58,766 nt of DNA. It comes from an uncultured Clostridia bacterium. GTDB taxonomy: Bacteria; Bacillota; Clostridia; TANB77; CAG-508. The DNA is taken from positions 1 to 58,766 of the forward strand of contig CANQCT010000003.1 in NCBI GenBank assembly GCA_947589835.1, given 5' to 3'. Under the pieces are notes generated by a model. It saw only the letters and a program-made list of their open reading frames with translations, was not told the origin of the DNA and did not search any database. The translations under genes were made by a program, and so were the position numbers. Each line of letters starts with the position of its first letter. Position 1 is the stretch's first letter. Positions 1-9,318 of the stretch are shown here, one piece after another.

Positions 1-318
1 TATACAAAAATATATTCAGGTGGAGTTCCTGAATTTAAAGAAAACGACATATTTACAACAATTATACCTTTAAATGCCACTGTAAATGCACCTGTAAATG
101 AGCCTGTAAATGCACTTGTAAAATTAAATAATACTCAAAAATTGATTATTAAATTAATGAGGGAAAATAATCAAATTACACAAATAGAATTATCAAGAGC
201 ATTAAAAGTAAATGAATCAACAATAAAAAGAAATATTAGTAAATTAAGAAATAAAGGGATGTTAAGAAGAATTGGGTCAGATAAAAACGGATATTGGGAA
301 GTATCTAGTGAAAAATGA
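1..318 (+). CDS. C-terminal part of an ATP-binding/RecG-C-like protein with terminal HTH (5' truncated by window)
   Basis: Frame 1 open from base 1 to TGA 316-318: ...QITQIELSRALKVNESTIKRNISKL...RRIGSDKNGYWEV, a C-terminal wHTH tail; 12-bp degenerate tandem repeat (NATV/NAPV/NEPV/NALV) at about 73-123. Confidence 0.65.
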   Translation, partial: YTKIYSGGVPEFKENDIFTTIIPLNATVNAPVNEPVNALVKLNNTQKLIIKLMRENNQITQIELSRALKVNESTIKRNISKLRNKGMLRRIGSDKNGYWEVSSEK

Positions 319-377
319 ATAAGTTGATTTGAAGAAGGCGAAAGATTTTTAATTTTACCAAGAGAATTGTATAAATA

Positions 378-405
378 AAAAGCTATTCGTTATGAATAGC
401 TTTTT
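378..405 (+). terminator. Intrinsic terminator
   Basis: AAAAGCTATTC-loop-GAATAGCTTTTTT hairpin with T tract. Confidence 0.7.
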
Positions 406-617
406 GCGACGCTCAGCGTCTACACGGGTTTGGTCCTTGTGAGACCAAGTAAATAATATTATTTATAATATATATTATTCATCTTTATAATTAAATTATA
501 CACTAAATTTTATTTTTTATTTTTTAAAAAAATTTTAATATACCAATTGCAGAGAATAAAAACAAATGATAAAATAAAAGTTGACAAAACATTACAAAAG
601 ATAGGGGGAAAATTAAA

Positions 618-865
618 ATGTTAATAATATGTAGCGAATGTGGTAAAGAGTATTCAGACCAAGCAAAGAGCAAATAGCAAGTGCAACAACAATTGATTAT
701 AGAACTTTATACAAAGGTGCAAATACACTAAAGGGTAAGTTCTATAAAATAACAGGTGAATCGCTTGGCAATTATACATATACTGCTGTTCTAGGAAACA
801 ATAATACAGTTCCATATTTAAGGGTTTATGCAGAAAACCTAAAAGTTATTGGACATACAGATTAA
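618..865 (+). pseudogene. Internally deleted remnant of a zinc-ribbon N-terminal protein
   Basis: SD GGGGG, then MLIICSECGKEYSDQAKSK* (618-677). A different frame continues ATTIDYRTLYKGANTLKGKFYKITGESLGNYTYTAVLGNNNTVPYLRVYAENLKVIGHTD* to 865. No CGG at the break. Confidence 0.45.
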
Positions 866-907
866 CAATAACTCAAATAATATTATAATACGTGGCCACT
901 GCCACCA

Positions 908-2761
908 ATCGAGTAGAGAATAAATAATTATTTTATTTATTCCCTCTCACACCACCGTACGTGCCGTTCGGCATACGGCGGTTCAATTTATATTTCAACA
1001 TGTACTTTTGCATATTGGTCTGATAGAAATATCAGACCTCTTTTTCTTAGTCTGTCATTATTTATTGCAAATTTGAGCCATTCTGTTTTTGCTACTAACT
1101 GATAGCCTTTACCTGTATATGCTAAGCCATATGCTATATCTGGTCTTACTCCTAGTTGTCTTAATGCTTTCTCTTTTCTTTGTGGTTTCTTCCATTGCTT
1201 CCATATTATTACTCTTATTCTTGTTCTTAGATGCTCATCTATTGTTTGTATGGCATTTTTCATGTTGGCTATTCTAAAGTAGTTTATCCAACCTCTTACT
1301 AAGTAGTTTATCTGTTTTATTCTATTGTCTAAGCTTATACTCCAGCTCCTCTTTGTTAATGCTTTTAGTTTTCTTTTTAGTTTCTGATATGCCTTAATGT
1401 GTGGTTTTGGTTTCCACCTTCCTTTATTGTCTTTCCAAAAACTAAAGCTTAAATATTTGGTCTGTGTTGGTCTTGTTACTTTGCTCTTCTCTGCATTTAC
1501 TTTCAAACCTAATTTCTTTTCAATAAATTTTGTTATTGAACCTAAAACTCGGTTCGCTGCTTTTTCACTCTTAACCATTATTATACAGTCGTCCGCATAG
1601 CGGACGAACTGTAAGCCACGTGCTTCTAATTCTTTATCTAGTTCATTTAACATTATATTTGATAGTAGTGGACTTAGGTTGCCTCCTTGTGGTGTTCCTT
1701 TGTCAGTTGCTCTTATTACTCCATTTTCCATTACTCCTGCACTTAGATATTTTCTTATCAATGATACTACATCTCCGTCTTTTATTGTCCTCATTATGAT
1801 ATTGATTAGTCTATCTTGGTCTACTGTATCGAAAAACTTCTCTAGGTCTATATCTACTATCCACTCATATCCGTCATTTAGATATTCTAACGCTTTTATT
1901 ACTGCCTGTTCACAACTTCTTTTTGGTCTAAACCCATAACTATTATCACTAAATTGCTCTTCAAATATTGGGCTTAATATTTGCACCATTGCTTGTTGTA
2001 TTATTCTATCAAATACTGTTGGTATTCCTAGATTTCTCATTTTGCCATTTTCTTTTGGTATTTGCACTCTTTTTACTGGTTGTGGCTTGTATTTCCTTTT
2101 ACGTATTTGGTTTAGCAGTTTTTCTTTGTTTCCCTTTATGTATTCATCTACTTCGTTCACTGTTATTCCGTCTACTCCTGCTACTCCTTTGTTTGCTACA
2201 ACCTTCTTGTATGCTTGGTTAAGATTTTCTTTTGCTAAGATTTGCTCTAAAAGTTCCATGTTTGTTTCTCCTTCTCCTTTCTCGATGACGAATAAATGAT
2301 TGATTTTGAATATTCTTTGGAATACGTCCATACCATTTTCATTAACACATTCTAATTATTATTCGCCCCTAATTTTGGTGTTTGAAACACTACAAATTGT
2401 TCAACCCTTCGAAAAAATTTTTTCCTACTATGGTATCTGCTGACTTCTTGCGATAAACCTTTTTCGACCATTATTTCTAATGTCCGCAAGACCTCACGGG
2501 GTAAGTCGTTTAATTTTCCTCTTTTACTCACTTGATTTACTTGATAAGGTTACGTACATCTTTTGGGCTTTAACTTCATACGTAGTCTTACCCTCTTATC
2601 AAGCCTTATTATCAAGTTTTTGTTCATTGAGCCAAGATTTTGCTACACACTTCCTCCACGTCACACCTCACGATGGAACGCTTGTGTTTCACTATGTGGT
2701 TGGCGATGTATACCTCCACTTCGGACTTTCACCGATTAACTAAACGACATGCCCGTCGCAC
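908..2761 (-). mobile_element. Group II intron, bacterial class C (IIC), full length about 1.85 kb
   Basis: Minus strand starts GTGCG at 2761 just downstream of an intrinsic terminator. Short domain V GAACCGCCGTATGCCGAACGGCACGTACGGTGGT (CGC triad) at 951-984, domain VI hairpin ending ...CTACTCGAT at 908; RT ORF inside. Confidence 0.93.
988..2259 (-). CDS. ltrA: Group II intron reverse transcriptase/maturase, no endonuclease domain
   Basis: Motifs GVAGVDG, RNLGIPTVFDR, GFRP, DIDLEKFFD, GTPQGGNLSPLL, RYADD, domain X RGWINYF. ATG at 2259 has SD AAGGAG, so preferred over the track start 2331. Confidence 0.95.
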   Translation of the reverse strand: MELLEQILAKENLNQAYKKVVANKGVAGVDGITVNEVDEYIKGNKEKLLNQIRKRKYKPQPVKRVQIPKENGKMRNLGIPTVFDRIIQQAMVQILSPIFEEQFSDNSYGFRPKRSCEQAVIKALEYLNDGYEWIVDIDLEKFFDTVDQDRLINIIMRTIKDGDVVSLIRKYLSAGVMENGVIRATDKGTPQGGNLSPLLSNIMLNELDKELEARGLQFVRYADDCIIMVKSEKAANRVLGSITKFIEKKLGLKVNAEKSKVTRPTQTKYLSFSFWKDNKGRWKPKPHIKAYQKLKRKLKALTKRSWSISLDNRIKQINYLVRGWINYFRIANMKNAIQTIDEHLRTRIRVIIWKQWKKPQRKEKALRQLGVRPDIAYGLAYTGKGYQLVAKTEWLKFAINNDRLRKRGLIFLSDQYAKVHVEI

Positions 2762-2763
2762 AT

Positions 2764-2804
2764 AAAAAACGCTTATATCTCGAATTCTTGATATAAGCGT
2801 TTTT
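2764..2804 (-). terminator. Intrinsic terminator, target of the IIC intron
   Basis: AAAAACGCTTATATC...GATATAAGCGTTTTTT on minus strand, 2 nt before the intron 5' GTGCG. Confidence 0.85.
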
Positions 2805-2863
2805 AGCAAATTTACCTTTTGTGAACTTGCTTAAAGTAAATTGCAGCCCTTTAAAATGCAATC

Positions 2864-3085
2864 CTATTCAGCTCTTCTTTCACTCTTAGTGCCTCCGCAC
2901 AACTTTTCATACTCCTTGCACTTTATTTTATATTCTAATTGCTGTGTTAAATATCTGTAATACATATATGCTTGTTCATATTGCATAACAGGGTTAAACA
3001 TAGAATTATCTCCCATCATAGGATCATAATAATTATCATAATTCATATTCATATATGGGGGAAAATTAGGATCATTTTTTTCCAT
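2864..3085 (-). CDS. Small Tyr/Met/Asn-rich hypothetical protein, possibly sporulation related
   Basis: MEKNDPNFPPYMNMNYDNYYDPMM...NPVMQYEQAYMYYRYL; follows ylbJ; start chosen at ATG 3085. Confidence 0.6.
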   Translation of the reverse strand: MEKNDPNFPPYMNMNYDNYYDPMMGDNSMFNPVMQYEQAYMYYRYLTQQLEYKIKCKEYEKLCGGTKSERRAE

Positions 3086-3273
3086 AATAAAACCAAATCC
3101 TTGCAAACGTATTTAGGTTTTTATAAGGCTACCTATAAACCTTTGTAGCATATTAAATATAAAACATTTTATTCTATAACTAAAAAAATTATGCTAATAA
3201 ATTAATAAAAAAATTGCGTGAATAATTGCATTAAAAATATAAATAAAGCACTAATTAAGCTTATGCTACAAAA

Positions 3274-4494
3274 TCATACAAAAGCTATAAACTGAAGTGC
3301 AATTAATGTATAAAGTGCTGCAAATACACCCTGAATAATCTTTCCAAAAAAGTAAGTTTTAATAGATAAGCCTGACTTGCTAACTATACTAAAAACTTGT
3401 AACAAAACTGATATTCCACCAAAGCCTAGTAAAAAGGCGCATAAAATAATTTTTATATTCATTAAGCTTACTCCGCTAATTGTAGCTACTAAACTAACAC
3501 CATTTGTTAATTCCACAATTCCAGATATTAAAGAAGCTCCGAATTCAGCAGGAATATTAAAAATTGACAAAATAGGTGATACAATAATGGAAACAAAATT
3601 TATAATTCCACTTTGATTTAATATAGATATAATTACAGAAAATATAACTACAAAACCACCAATTAAAAAAATGGTAGATGTGGCATTAGTAATGCTTTTT
3701 CCTAAAGTATCACCTAAAGAAGAAAAGCTAACCTCTTTATTATTAGAATTTTGCAAATTATTTGATTTATCTATGTTTCTAGTATTTTTATAAAGCATTT
3801 TATTTCTATAATGCCTATTTAAATTGGTGTTTTCAGAACTAATTGGATGAAGGTTATAGTTGTTACTATGTCTACTAGCTAGCTTTTCATTATTCTTAAA
3901 ATGTGAAATAACATTAAGCAAAATTCCAACAGTAATAGAACTAAACAAATGAGTAACAAAAAGTAAAATTCCAATTTTGCTATTTCCAAATAAACTTACA
4001 CCAACAGTGCCTATAATAAATAAAGGTCCAGAATTATTAGTAAAAGCAATCATTCTTTCTGCTTCTTCTTTAGTGCAAATTCCATTTTCCTTAAAACTAC
4101 TAACAATTTTAGCTCCAACAGGGTAACCGCTAATTAGCCCCATTAAAAATGCAAAGCTTGCCTCACCAGGTACGCCAAATAAAGGGCGCATTATAAAGTT
4201 AAAATATTTGCCCAAAATTGAAATTATATTAGTTTGGCTTAATAATTCTGTTGCAACAAAAAATGGAAAAAGTGAAGGTACAACAGCAGTTGCCCATAAT
4301 ATAAGACCGTTTTTTGCAGCGGTTAAATTGCTAGCAGAAAACAGAACTAAGCAAATAGAAAATAAGCAAAATACAATAGAAATAGCATTCTTACGTATGG
4401 AATAAATGAATATTTTTACTTTATTTTTAGAGGCTCTTTCACTTACTGTATGGATGTAGGCATTTTCTAAAGTAGTGGAAAAATCTTTTGCCAT
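3274..4494 (-). CDS. ylbJ: Sporulation integral membrane protein YlbJ family
   Basis: Motifs GLILWATAVVPSLFPF, GLISGYPVGAK, NNSGPLFIIG, GIVELTNG, LGFGGISVLLQ. Confidence 0.88.
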   Translation of the reverse strand: MAKDFSTTLENAYIHTVSERASKNKVKIFIYSIRKNAISIVFCLFSICLVLFSASNLTAAKNGLILWATAVVPSLFPFFVATELLSQTNIISILGKYFNFIMRPLFGVPGEASFAFLMGLISGYPVGAKIVSSFKENGICTKEEAERMIAFTNNSGPLFIIGTVGVSLFGNSKIGILLFVTHLFSSITVGILLNVISHFKNNEKLASRHSNNYNLHPISSENTNLNRHYRNKMLYKNTRNIDKSNNLQNSNNKEVSFSSLGDTLGKSITNATSTIFLIGGFVVIFSVIISILNQSGIINFVSIIVSPILSIFNIPAEFGASLISGIVELTNGVSLVATISGVSLMNIKIILCAFLLGFGGISVLLQVFSIVSKSGLSIKTYFFGKIIQGVFAALYTLIALQFIAFV

Positions 4495-4654
4495 ATTTTA
4501 ATTCCTCACATAATATATTTAGGTTTTTAAAAGGCTACCAATAAACCTTTACACATAAAATATATATGCCTACAATTGTTGAAAAATTCAAAAAAATGCT
4601 GTATAATAAATATATTAGCATTTCGCTATAATTTATTATTAAGGAGGAAACTTA

Positions 4655-5164
4655 ATGGAATACTATGACTCTATTGCTGAACGTGCCAAAGAAATCGGGC
4701 GGTACACTGTAGAAAACAATACCACTTTAAGACAGACCGCCAAAAAATTTGGGATAAGTAAGTCTACATGTCACAAAGACCTTACTGAAAGGTTACCAAA
4801 GTACGACGCGGAACTGGCCGAAGAAGTAAAAAAAGTTCTTATGAGCAATAAGGCTATGTCTACCATTAAAGGAGGTCAAGCAACCCAAAAAAAGTATGAA
4901 GAAAATATGAACGTTTATGTGCGTGCACAAAAAATAGGGCGGTACTTTGTAGAACACAGAGCCACCGTAAAGGAGGTTTCAAAAAAATTTGGATTAAGCG
5001 ATTCTACATGCTACCTAGATCTTACTAAAAGGTTACCCAAGTACGACGCAAAATTGGCCGAAGAAGTAAAAAAAGTTCTTATGAACAATAGGGCTATGTC
5101 TGCCATTAAAGGAAGCCAAGCAACCAAAAGAAAGTATGAGGCAAATAGGCAAAGTAAAAAATAA
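4655..5164 (+). CDS. SpoIIID-like HTH regulator with two tandem SpoIIID domains
   Basis: AKKFGISKSTCHKDLTERLP...GGQATQKKY repeated with 80-aa (240-bp) period; SD AAGGAGG. Confidence 0.8.
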   Translation: MEYYDSIAERAKEIGRYTVENNTTLRQTAKKFGISKSTCHKDLTERLPKYDAELAEEVKKVLMSNKAMSTIKGGQATQKKYEENMNVYVRAQKIGRYFVEHRATVKEVSKKFGLSDSTCYLDLTKRLPKYDAKLAEEVKKVLMNNRAMSAIKGSQATKRKYEANRQSKK

Positions 5165-5356
5165 CATTAAGTAATAATCCTAAAGCAATCCTTAATAGGA
5201 AACTAAAAAAGGGCAATCAAATTGATTGACTGAATTTACAAAAATACTCTACTTAAAATGTAGGGTATTTTTGTAGTTTAGTAAAAATTAGTTTTAAATT
5301 TTACTAATCTGTGTTATAATAGTAAAGTAAAAATTCAAACAAGGAACTAAAAATGT

Positions 5357-8300
5357 ATGAATTTTCTAGTAAATGCATTAGAGCAAAATCAAAAATTTAA
5401 AGAACTTTTAAGTGAAATAAAAAACTCAAAAGGTCCGGTAGCAATATCGGGCCTAGTTGACGTAGAAAAATCACACTACATAAACGGAATAAGTAACAGT
5501 ATAAAAAGGCCAATATGTGTTATTACATACAATGAGTTGCAAGCTAAAAAATTATGCCAGGACTTAAAAAGTTTTGGACTTAAAGCAATGTATTTCCCTA
5601 AAAGAGAAATAGCAAGCTATGACTATGTCGCAGAAAGCAAGGACTTGCCTTATGAAAGAATAGCAATTTTAAATAAAATTATTCTTGCAGAAAATAATAC
5701 AGAAAGTAATAAATTAGTAATCACTAAGGAAACATTAAACCAAAATGTAAAAGAAAGAGTAATATTAGTAAGTACTAAGGAAACATCAAACCAAAATAAA
5801 AAAGAAAGAGTAATAAACGAAGAAAATATAAATTCAGCTCCAATTATAATAGTAACTACAATAGAGGCTGTAATGCAAAAAATGATTACTAAAGAAGAAC
5901 TTTACAAAAATAAAATAGAATTCAAAGTAGGAAGTACACATTCTTTAGATGAATTAAAAGAAACTTTTGTAAAACTTGGCTATGAAAGAAGCGAACTAAT
6001 TGAAAATCAAGGGCAATTTAGTATACGTGGTGGAATTGTAGATGTTGGCCTTTCTGAAACAATTGGTGTTAGAATAGAATTTTGGGGAGATGAGGTGGAT
6101 TCTATTAGATATTTTCGCATTTCTTCTCAAAGGTCAACAGAAATGTTAAAAGAAATTACTATATTTCCAGCACACGAGTTCATTGTAGAAGATAAAATAA
6201 AAACTTTGAAAAAAATAGAAGAAAAATACCCAGAACAAACAGAAGATATAGAACTAATAAAAAGTGGAGATTATATTAGCAAAATAGATAAATATTTTAA
6301 TGAATTTTATGAAAATCAAGCATATTTTTTAGATTATTTATCAAAAGACTACATTATATTTTTAGATGAAGACTTAAAAATAAAACAAAGACAAGAAAAT
6401 ATAATATTAGATAATAACAATTTAATTAATTCTTTAATAGAAAAAGAAAGATTTGTGCCAGAAGCAATTAAAGAAATTAGTAATTTTGAATATAACTTTA
6501 ATTATAAGCAAATAATATACTTAGAACAAACTGATGCTATAAAAAATATGCCTAAATACTATTTTGAAACAAGAGAATTAAACTTTTATAAATCAGAATT
6601 AGAAATGTTAATTTCTGATTTAAAAACATACCAAAAATCGAAAAAGAAAGTAGTACTATTTAATGCAAATGAGGCTTCTAGCAACAAAATATGCGAAATT
6701 TTAAAACAAAATGAAATAAGCTACAAATATGAAGAAAATCCACAAAACTTAAAAGATGGAGAAATATTAGTTACAATAGGTGCATTTTCTTCAGGTTTTG
6801 AAAACTATGATTTGAACTTAATAGCAGTTAGTATGCAGCAAGGAATAGAAGAAACTGTTAAAAAGAAAAGAAAATTTAGTAATGAATTTAAGCAAGGCGA
6901 AAAAATAGTTTTTGCAGACTTAAAACAGGGAGATTTTGTAGTACATCAAACTCATGGAATAGGTGAGTTTCTAGGAGTTAATACAATTACAGCAGATAAT
7001 ATAACTAAAGATTATATTAAAATAAAATATAGAAATGATGATATTTTATATGTTCCAACTACAAATTTAGATAGTGTAAGAAAATATATAGGTGGAGGAG
7101 AAGCAGCTCCAAGACTTAATAAGCTAGGTGGAAAAGAGTGGAGTGCTACTACTAGCAAAGTAAAAAAACAATTAGAAGAAGTTGCAAAAGATTTAATAGA
7201 ATTATATGCAAAAAGAAAAAAAATTAAAGGTTTTGCATTTTCAAAAGATACACCTTGGCAAAAGCAGTTTGAGGATAGCTTTCCATACACAGAAACGGAA
7301 GACCAATTAAGATGTATTGAAGAAGTAAAACATGATATGGAAAAGCCATTTCCTATGGATAGATTGCTTTGTGGAGATGTTGGATATGGAAAAACAGAAG
7401 TAGCAATTAGAGCAGCCTTTAAAGCTGTAATGGACCAAAAGCAAGTGGCATATTTAGTACCAACTACAATTTTAGCAAATCAGCAGTATGAAGAATTTAA
7501 AAATAGAATGAGCGAATTTGCTATGAAAGTAGAGCTGTTAAACAGATTTAGAACCAAAAAAGAACAAGATGAAATTATTAAAAAATTAAAGCTAGGAGAG
7601 GTAGATGTTGTAATAGGCACACACCGATTACTTAGTAAAGATGTAGGATTTAAAGACTTAGGTTTACTTATAATTGATGAAGAGCATCGTTTTGGTGTTA
7701 AAGATAAAGAAAAAATAAAACAATTAAAAAATAGTGTAGATGTATTTACTATGACAGCAACACCAATTCCAAGAACGCTTCATATGTCTATTGTTGGAGT
7801 TCGTGATATGTCTGTTATATATGAGCCACCGCATAACCGTAAACCTGTTCAAACCTATGTATTAGAATATGATAAAGAAGTTATAACAGAGGCAATTACA
7901 AAAGAAATAGAAAGAAATGGACAGGTATTCTACTTGTACAATCAGGTAGAAAACATACAAAAAAAGGCAAATGAAATTTCACAGCTTGTACCAGAAGCAA
8001 AAGTTGCATTCGCACACGGAAAGATGTCTGGAAAAGAACTAGAAGAAATAATGCAAATGTTTGTAAAGCACGAAATAAACGTACTTGTATGTACAACAAT
8101 TTTAGAATCTGGCATAGATATTCCAAATGCTAATACCATTATTGTAGAAAATGCAGATAGACTAGGATTAGCACAACTTTATCAAATAAGAGGTAGGGTA
8201 GGAAGAAGTGATAAACAGGCATATTGTTATATTACTTACAGAAGAGATAAACTACTTTCGGAAGTAGCAGACAAAAGACTAAAAGCTATTAAAGAATTTA

Positions 8301-8911
8301 CAGAGTTTGGTTCTGGCTTTAAAATAGCTATGCGTGATTTAGAAATTCGTGGAGCCGGAAGTATGCTTGGCGAAATGCAACATGGGCATATAGAACAAGT
8401 TGGATATGATACTTATTGTAAATTATTAGATGATGTTATGAAAGAAATGCAAGGAACTGAAGTACAAGAAGAACAAGATATTCAAATAGATTTATCTGTA
8501 TCTAGTTATATACCAGATAGCTTTATTGAAAGTAGCAGTCAAAAGATTGAAATTTATCAAAATATAGCGCTTAGCAGAACAGAAGAAGACATACAAAATG
8601 TAATAGATGAAGTAATAGACCGTTATGGAAAACTACCAAAAGAACTTGAAAACTTAGTAGAAGTAACTAGAATTAAGGAACTTGCAAGAAAAGTAGGAGT
8701 TATTAAAATTACACAAAGACCTGATTCAATAGTATTTTACTTCCAAAAAGAAAGAATGCCAGTAGAAAAGGTAGATAGTTTATTAAAAGAATATGGGGTT
8801 CAAATTAGGTTTTCAGAAGGAGTTAATCCATATGTTACATTTAAAATTGGAAAAAAACAAGATAAGGAATTGCTAGCAAAAGTTAAAGAATTTTTAAAAT
8901 TAGTTGAGTAA
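5357..8911 (+). CDS. mfd: Transcription-repair coupling factor
   Basis: CarD/RID region VVHQTHGIGEF, helicase motifs GDVGYGKT, DEEH, TATPIPRT, QIRGRVGR, C-terminal TRCF domain. Confidence 0.97.
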   Translation: MNFLVNALEQNQKFKELLSEIKNSKGPVAISGLVDVEKSHYINGISNSIKRPICVITYNELQAKKLCQDLKSFGLKAMYFPKREIASYDYVAESKDLPYERIAILNKIILAENNTESNKLVITKETLNQNVKERVILVSTKETSNQNKKERVINEENINSAPIIIVTTIEAVMQKMITKEELYKNKIEFKVGSTHSLDELKETFVKLGYERSELIENQGQFSIRGGIVDVGLSETIGVRIEFWGDEVDSIRYFRISSQRSTEMLKEITIFPAHEFIVEDKIKTLKKIEEKYPEQTEDIELIKSGDYISKIDKYFNEFYENQAYFLDYLSKDYIIFLDEDLKIKQRQENIILDNNNLINSLIEKERFVPEAIKEISNFEYNFNYKQIIYLEQTDAIKNMPKYYFETRELNFYKSELEMLISDLKTYQKSKKKVVLFNANEASSNKICEILKQNEISYKYEENPQNLKDGEILVTIGAFSSGFENYDLNLIAVSMQQGIEETVKKKRKFSNEFKQGEKIVFADLKQGDFVVHQTHGIGEFLGVNTITADNITKDYIKIKYRNDDILYVPTTNLDSVRKYIGGGEAAPRLNKLGGKEWSATTSKVKKQLEEVAKDLIELYAKRKKIKGFAFSKDTPWQKQFEDSFPYTETEDQLRCIEEVKHDMEKPFPMDRLLCGDVGYGKTEVAIRAAFKAVMDQKQVAYLVPTTILANQQYEEFKNRMSEFAMKVELLNRFRTKKEQDEIIKKLKLGEVDVVIGTHRLLSKDVGFKDLGLLIIDEEHRFGVKDKEKIKQLKNSVDVFTMTATPIPRTLHMSIVGVRDMSVIYEPPHNRKPVQTYVLEYDKEVITEAITKEIERNGQVFYLYNQVENIQKKANEISQLVPEAKVAFAHGKMSGKELEEIMQMFVKHEINVLVCTTILESGIDIPNANTIIVENADRLGLAQLYQIRGRVGRSDKQAYCYITYRRDKLLSEVADKRLKAIKEFTEFGSGFKIAMRDLEIRGAGSMLGEMQHGHIEQVGYDTYCKLLDDVMKEMQGTEVQEEQDIQIDLSVSSYIPDSFIESSSQKIEIYQNIALSRTEEDIQNVIDEVIDRYGKLPKELENLVEVTRIKELARKVGVIKITQRPDSIVFYFQKERMPVEKVDSLLKEYGVQIRFSEGVNPYVTFKIGKKQDKELLAKVKEFLKLVE
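5713..5814 (+). repeat. 51-bp in-frame tandem duplication inside mfd
   Basis: Encodes LVITKETLNQNVKERVI / LVSTKETSNQNKKERVI. Confidence 0.85.
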
Positions 8912-8958
8912 TGTCGAAAATTGTCATACGAAAGTAGAATGAAAATGCATAAAATATA

Positions 8959-8987
8959 TTGACTTAAAAATGAAGTTTATTTATACT
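8959..8987 (+). promoter_or_regulatory. SigA-type promoter of the small hydrophobic peptide gene
   Basis: TTGACT-17 nt-TATACT. Confidence 0.65.
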
Positions 8988-9062
8988 AATAAGTATAGAT
9001 GAGATAGTATAGAGGAACTGTGGTTGCCATCACCTATTCAAAAGATGAGGAGGTGATGTGGT

Positions 9063-9173
9063 ATGATAGAAGTATTAGCAATGTTTTTACATATGTTTAT
9101 TTTCACCACTGTATTTTTATTAATAACCGTGTTTACCTTAATTATATTTATTATAATTATGATTAGTAAATAG
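9063..9173 (+). CDS. 36-aa hydrophobic peptide, putative type I TA toxin (not in ORF track)
   Basis: MIEVLAMFLHMFIFTTVFLLITVFTLIIFIIIMISK*; SD AGGAGGTG paired with upstream ATCACCT; transcript ends are complementary (8997-9031 with 9218-9252). Confidence 0.7.
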   Translation: MIEVLAMFLHMFIFTTVFLLITVFTLIIFIIIMISK

Positions 9174-9174
9174 T

Positions 9175-9257
9175 AATCGCGCCTCTAACTGGACATTGAG
9201 GTGCAATTTTTTCCCTCGATGGCAACCACAATTTCAAAGTGGTATCTCATCTTTGTA
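9175..9257 (-). ncRNA. Putative antisense antitoxin RNA
   Basis: Convergent extended -10 promoter TGTTATAAT at 9271-9263 (TTTACA at 9290-9285) reading toward the 3' end of the peptide gene; hairpin at about 9176-9212. Boundaries approximate. Confidence 0.45.
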
Positions 9258-9318
9258 CTTTTATTATAACACAAATTAGTAAAATGTAAATATATAAATT
9301 AAAATTTTTGAAAGGAAA

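Noticed and set aside
618-865. Frame break in the zinc-ribbon remnant as another recoding site
   Set aside because: No CGG at the junction and the gene looks internally deleted; ordinary decay.
988-2331. RT as retron, DGR or defence RT
   Set aside because: Domain X, GTGCG 5' end, domains V and VI and terminator targeting identify a group IIC intron.
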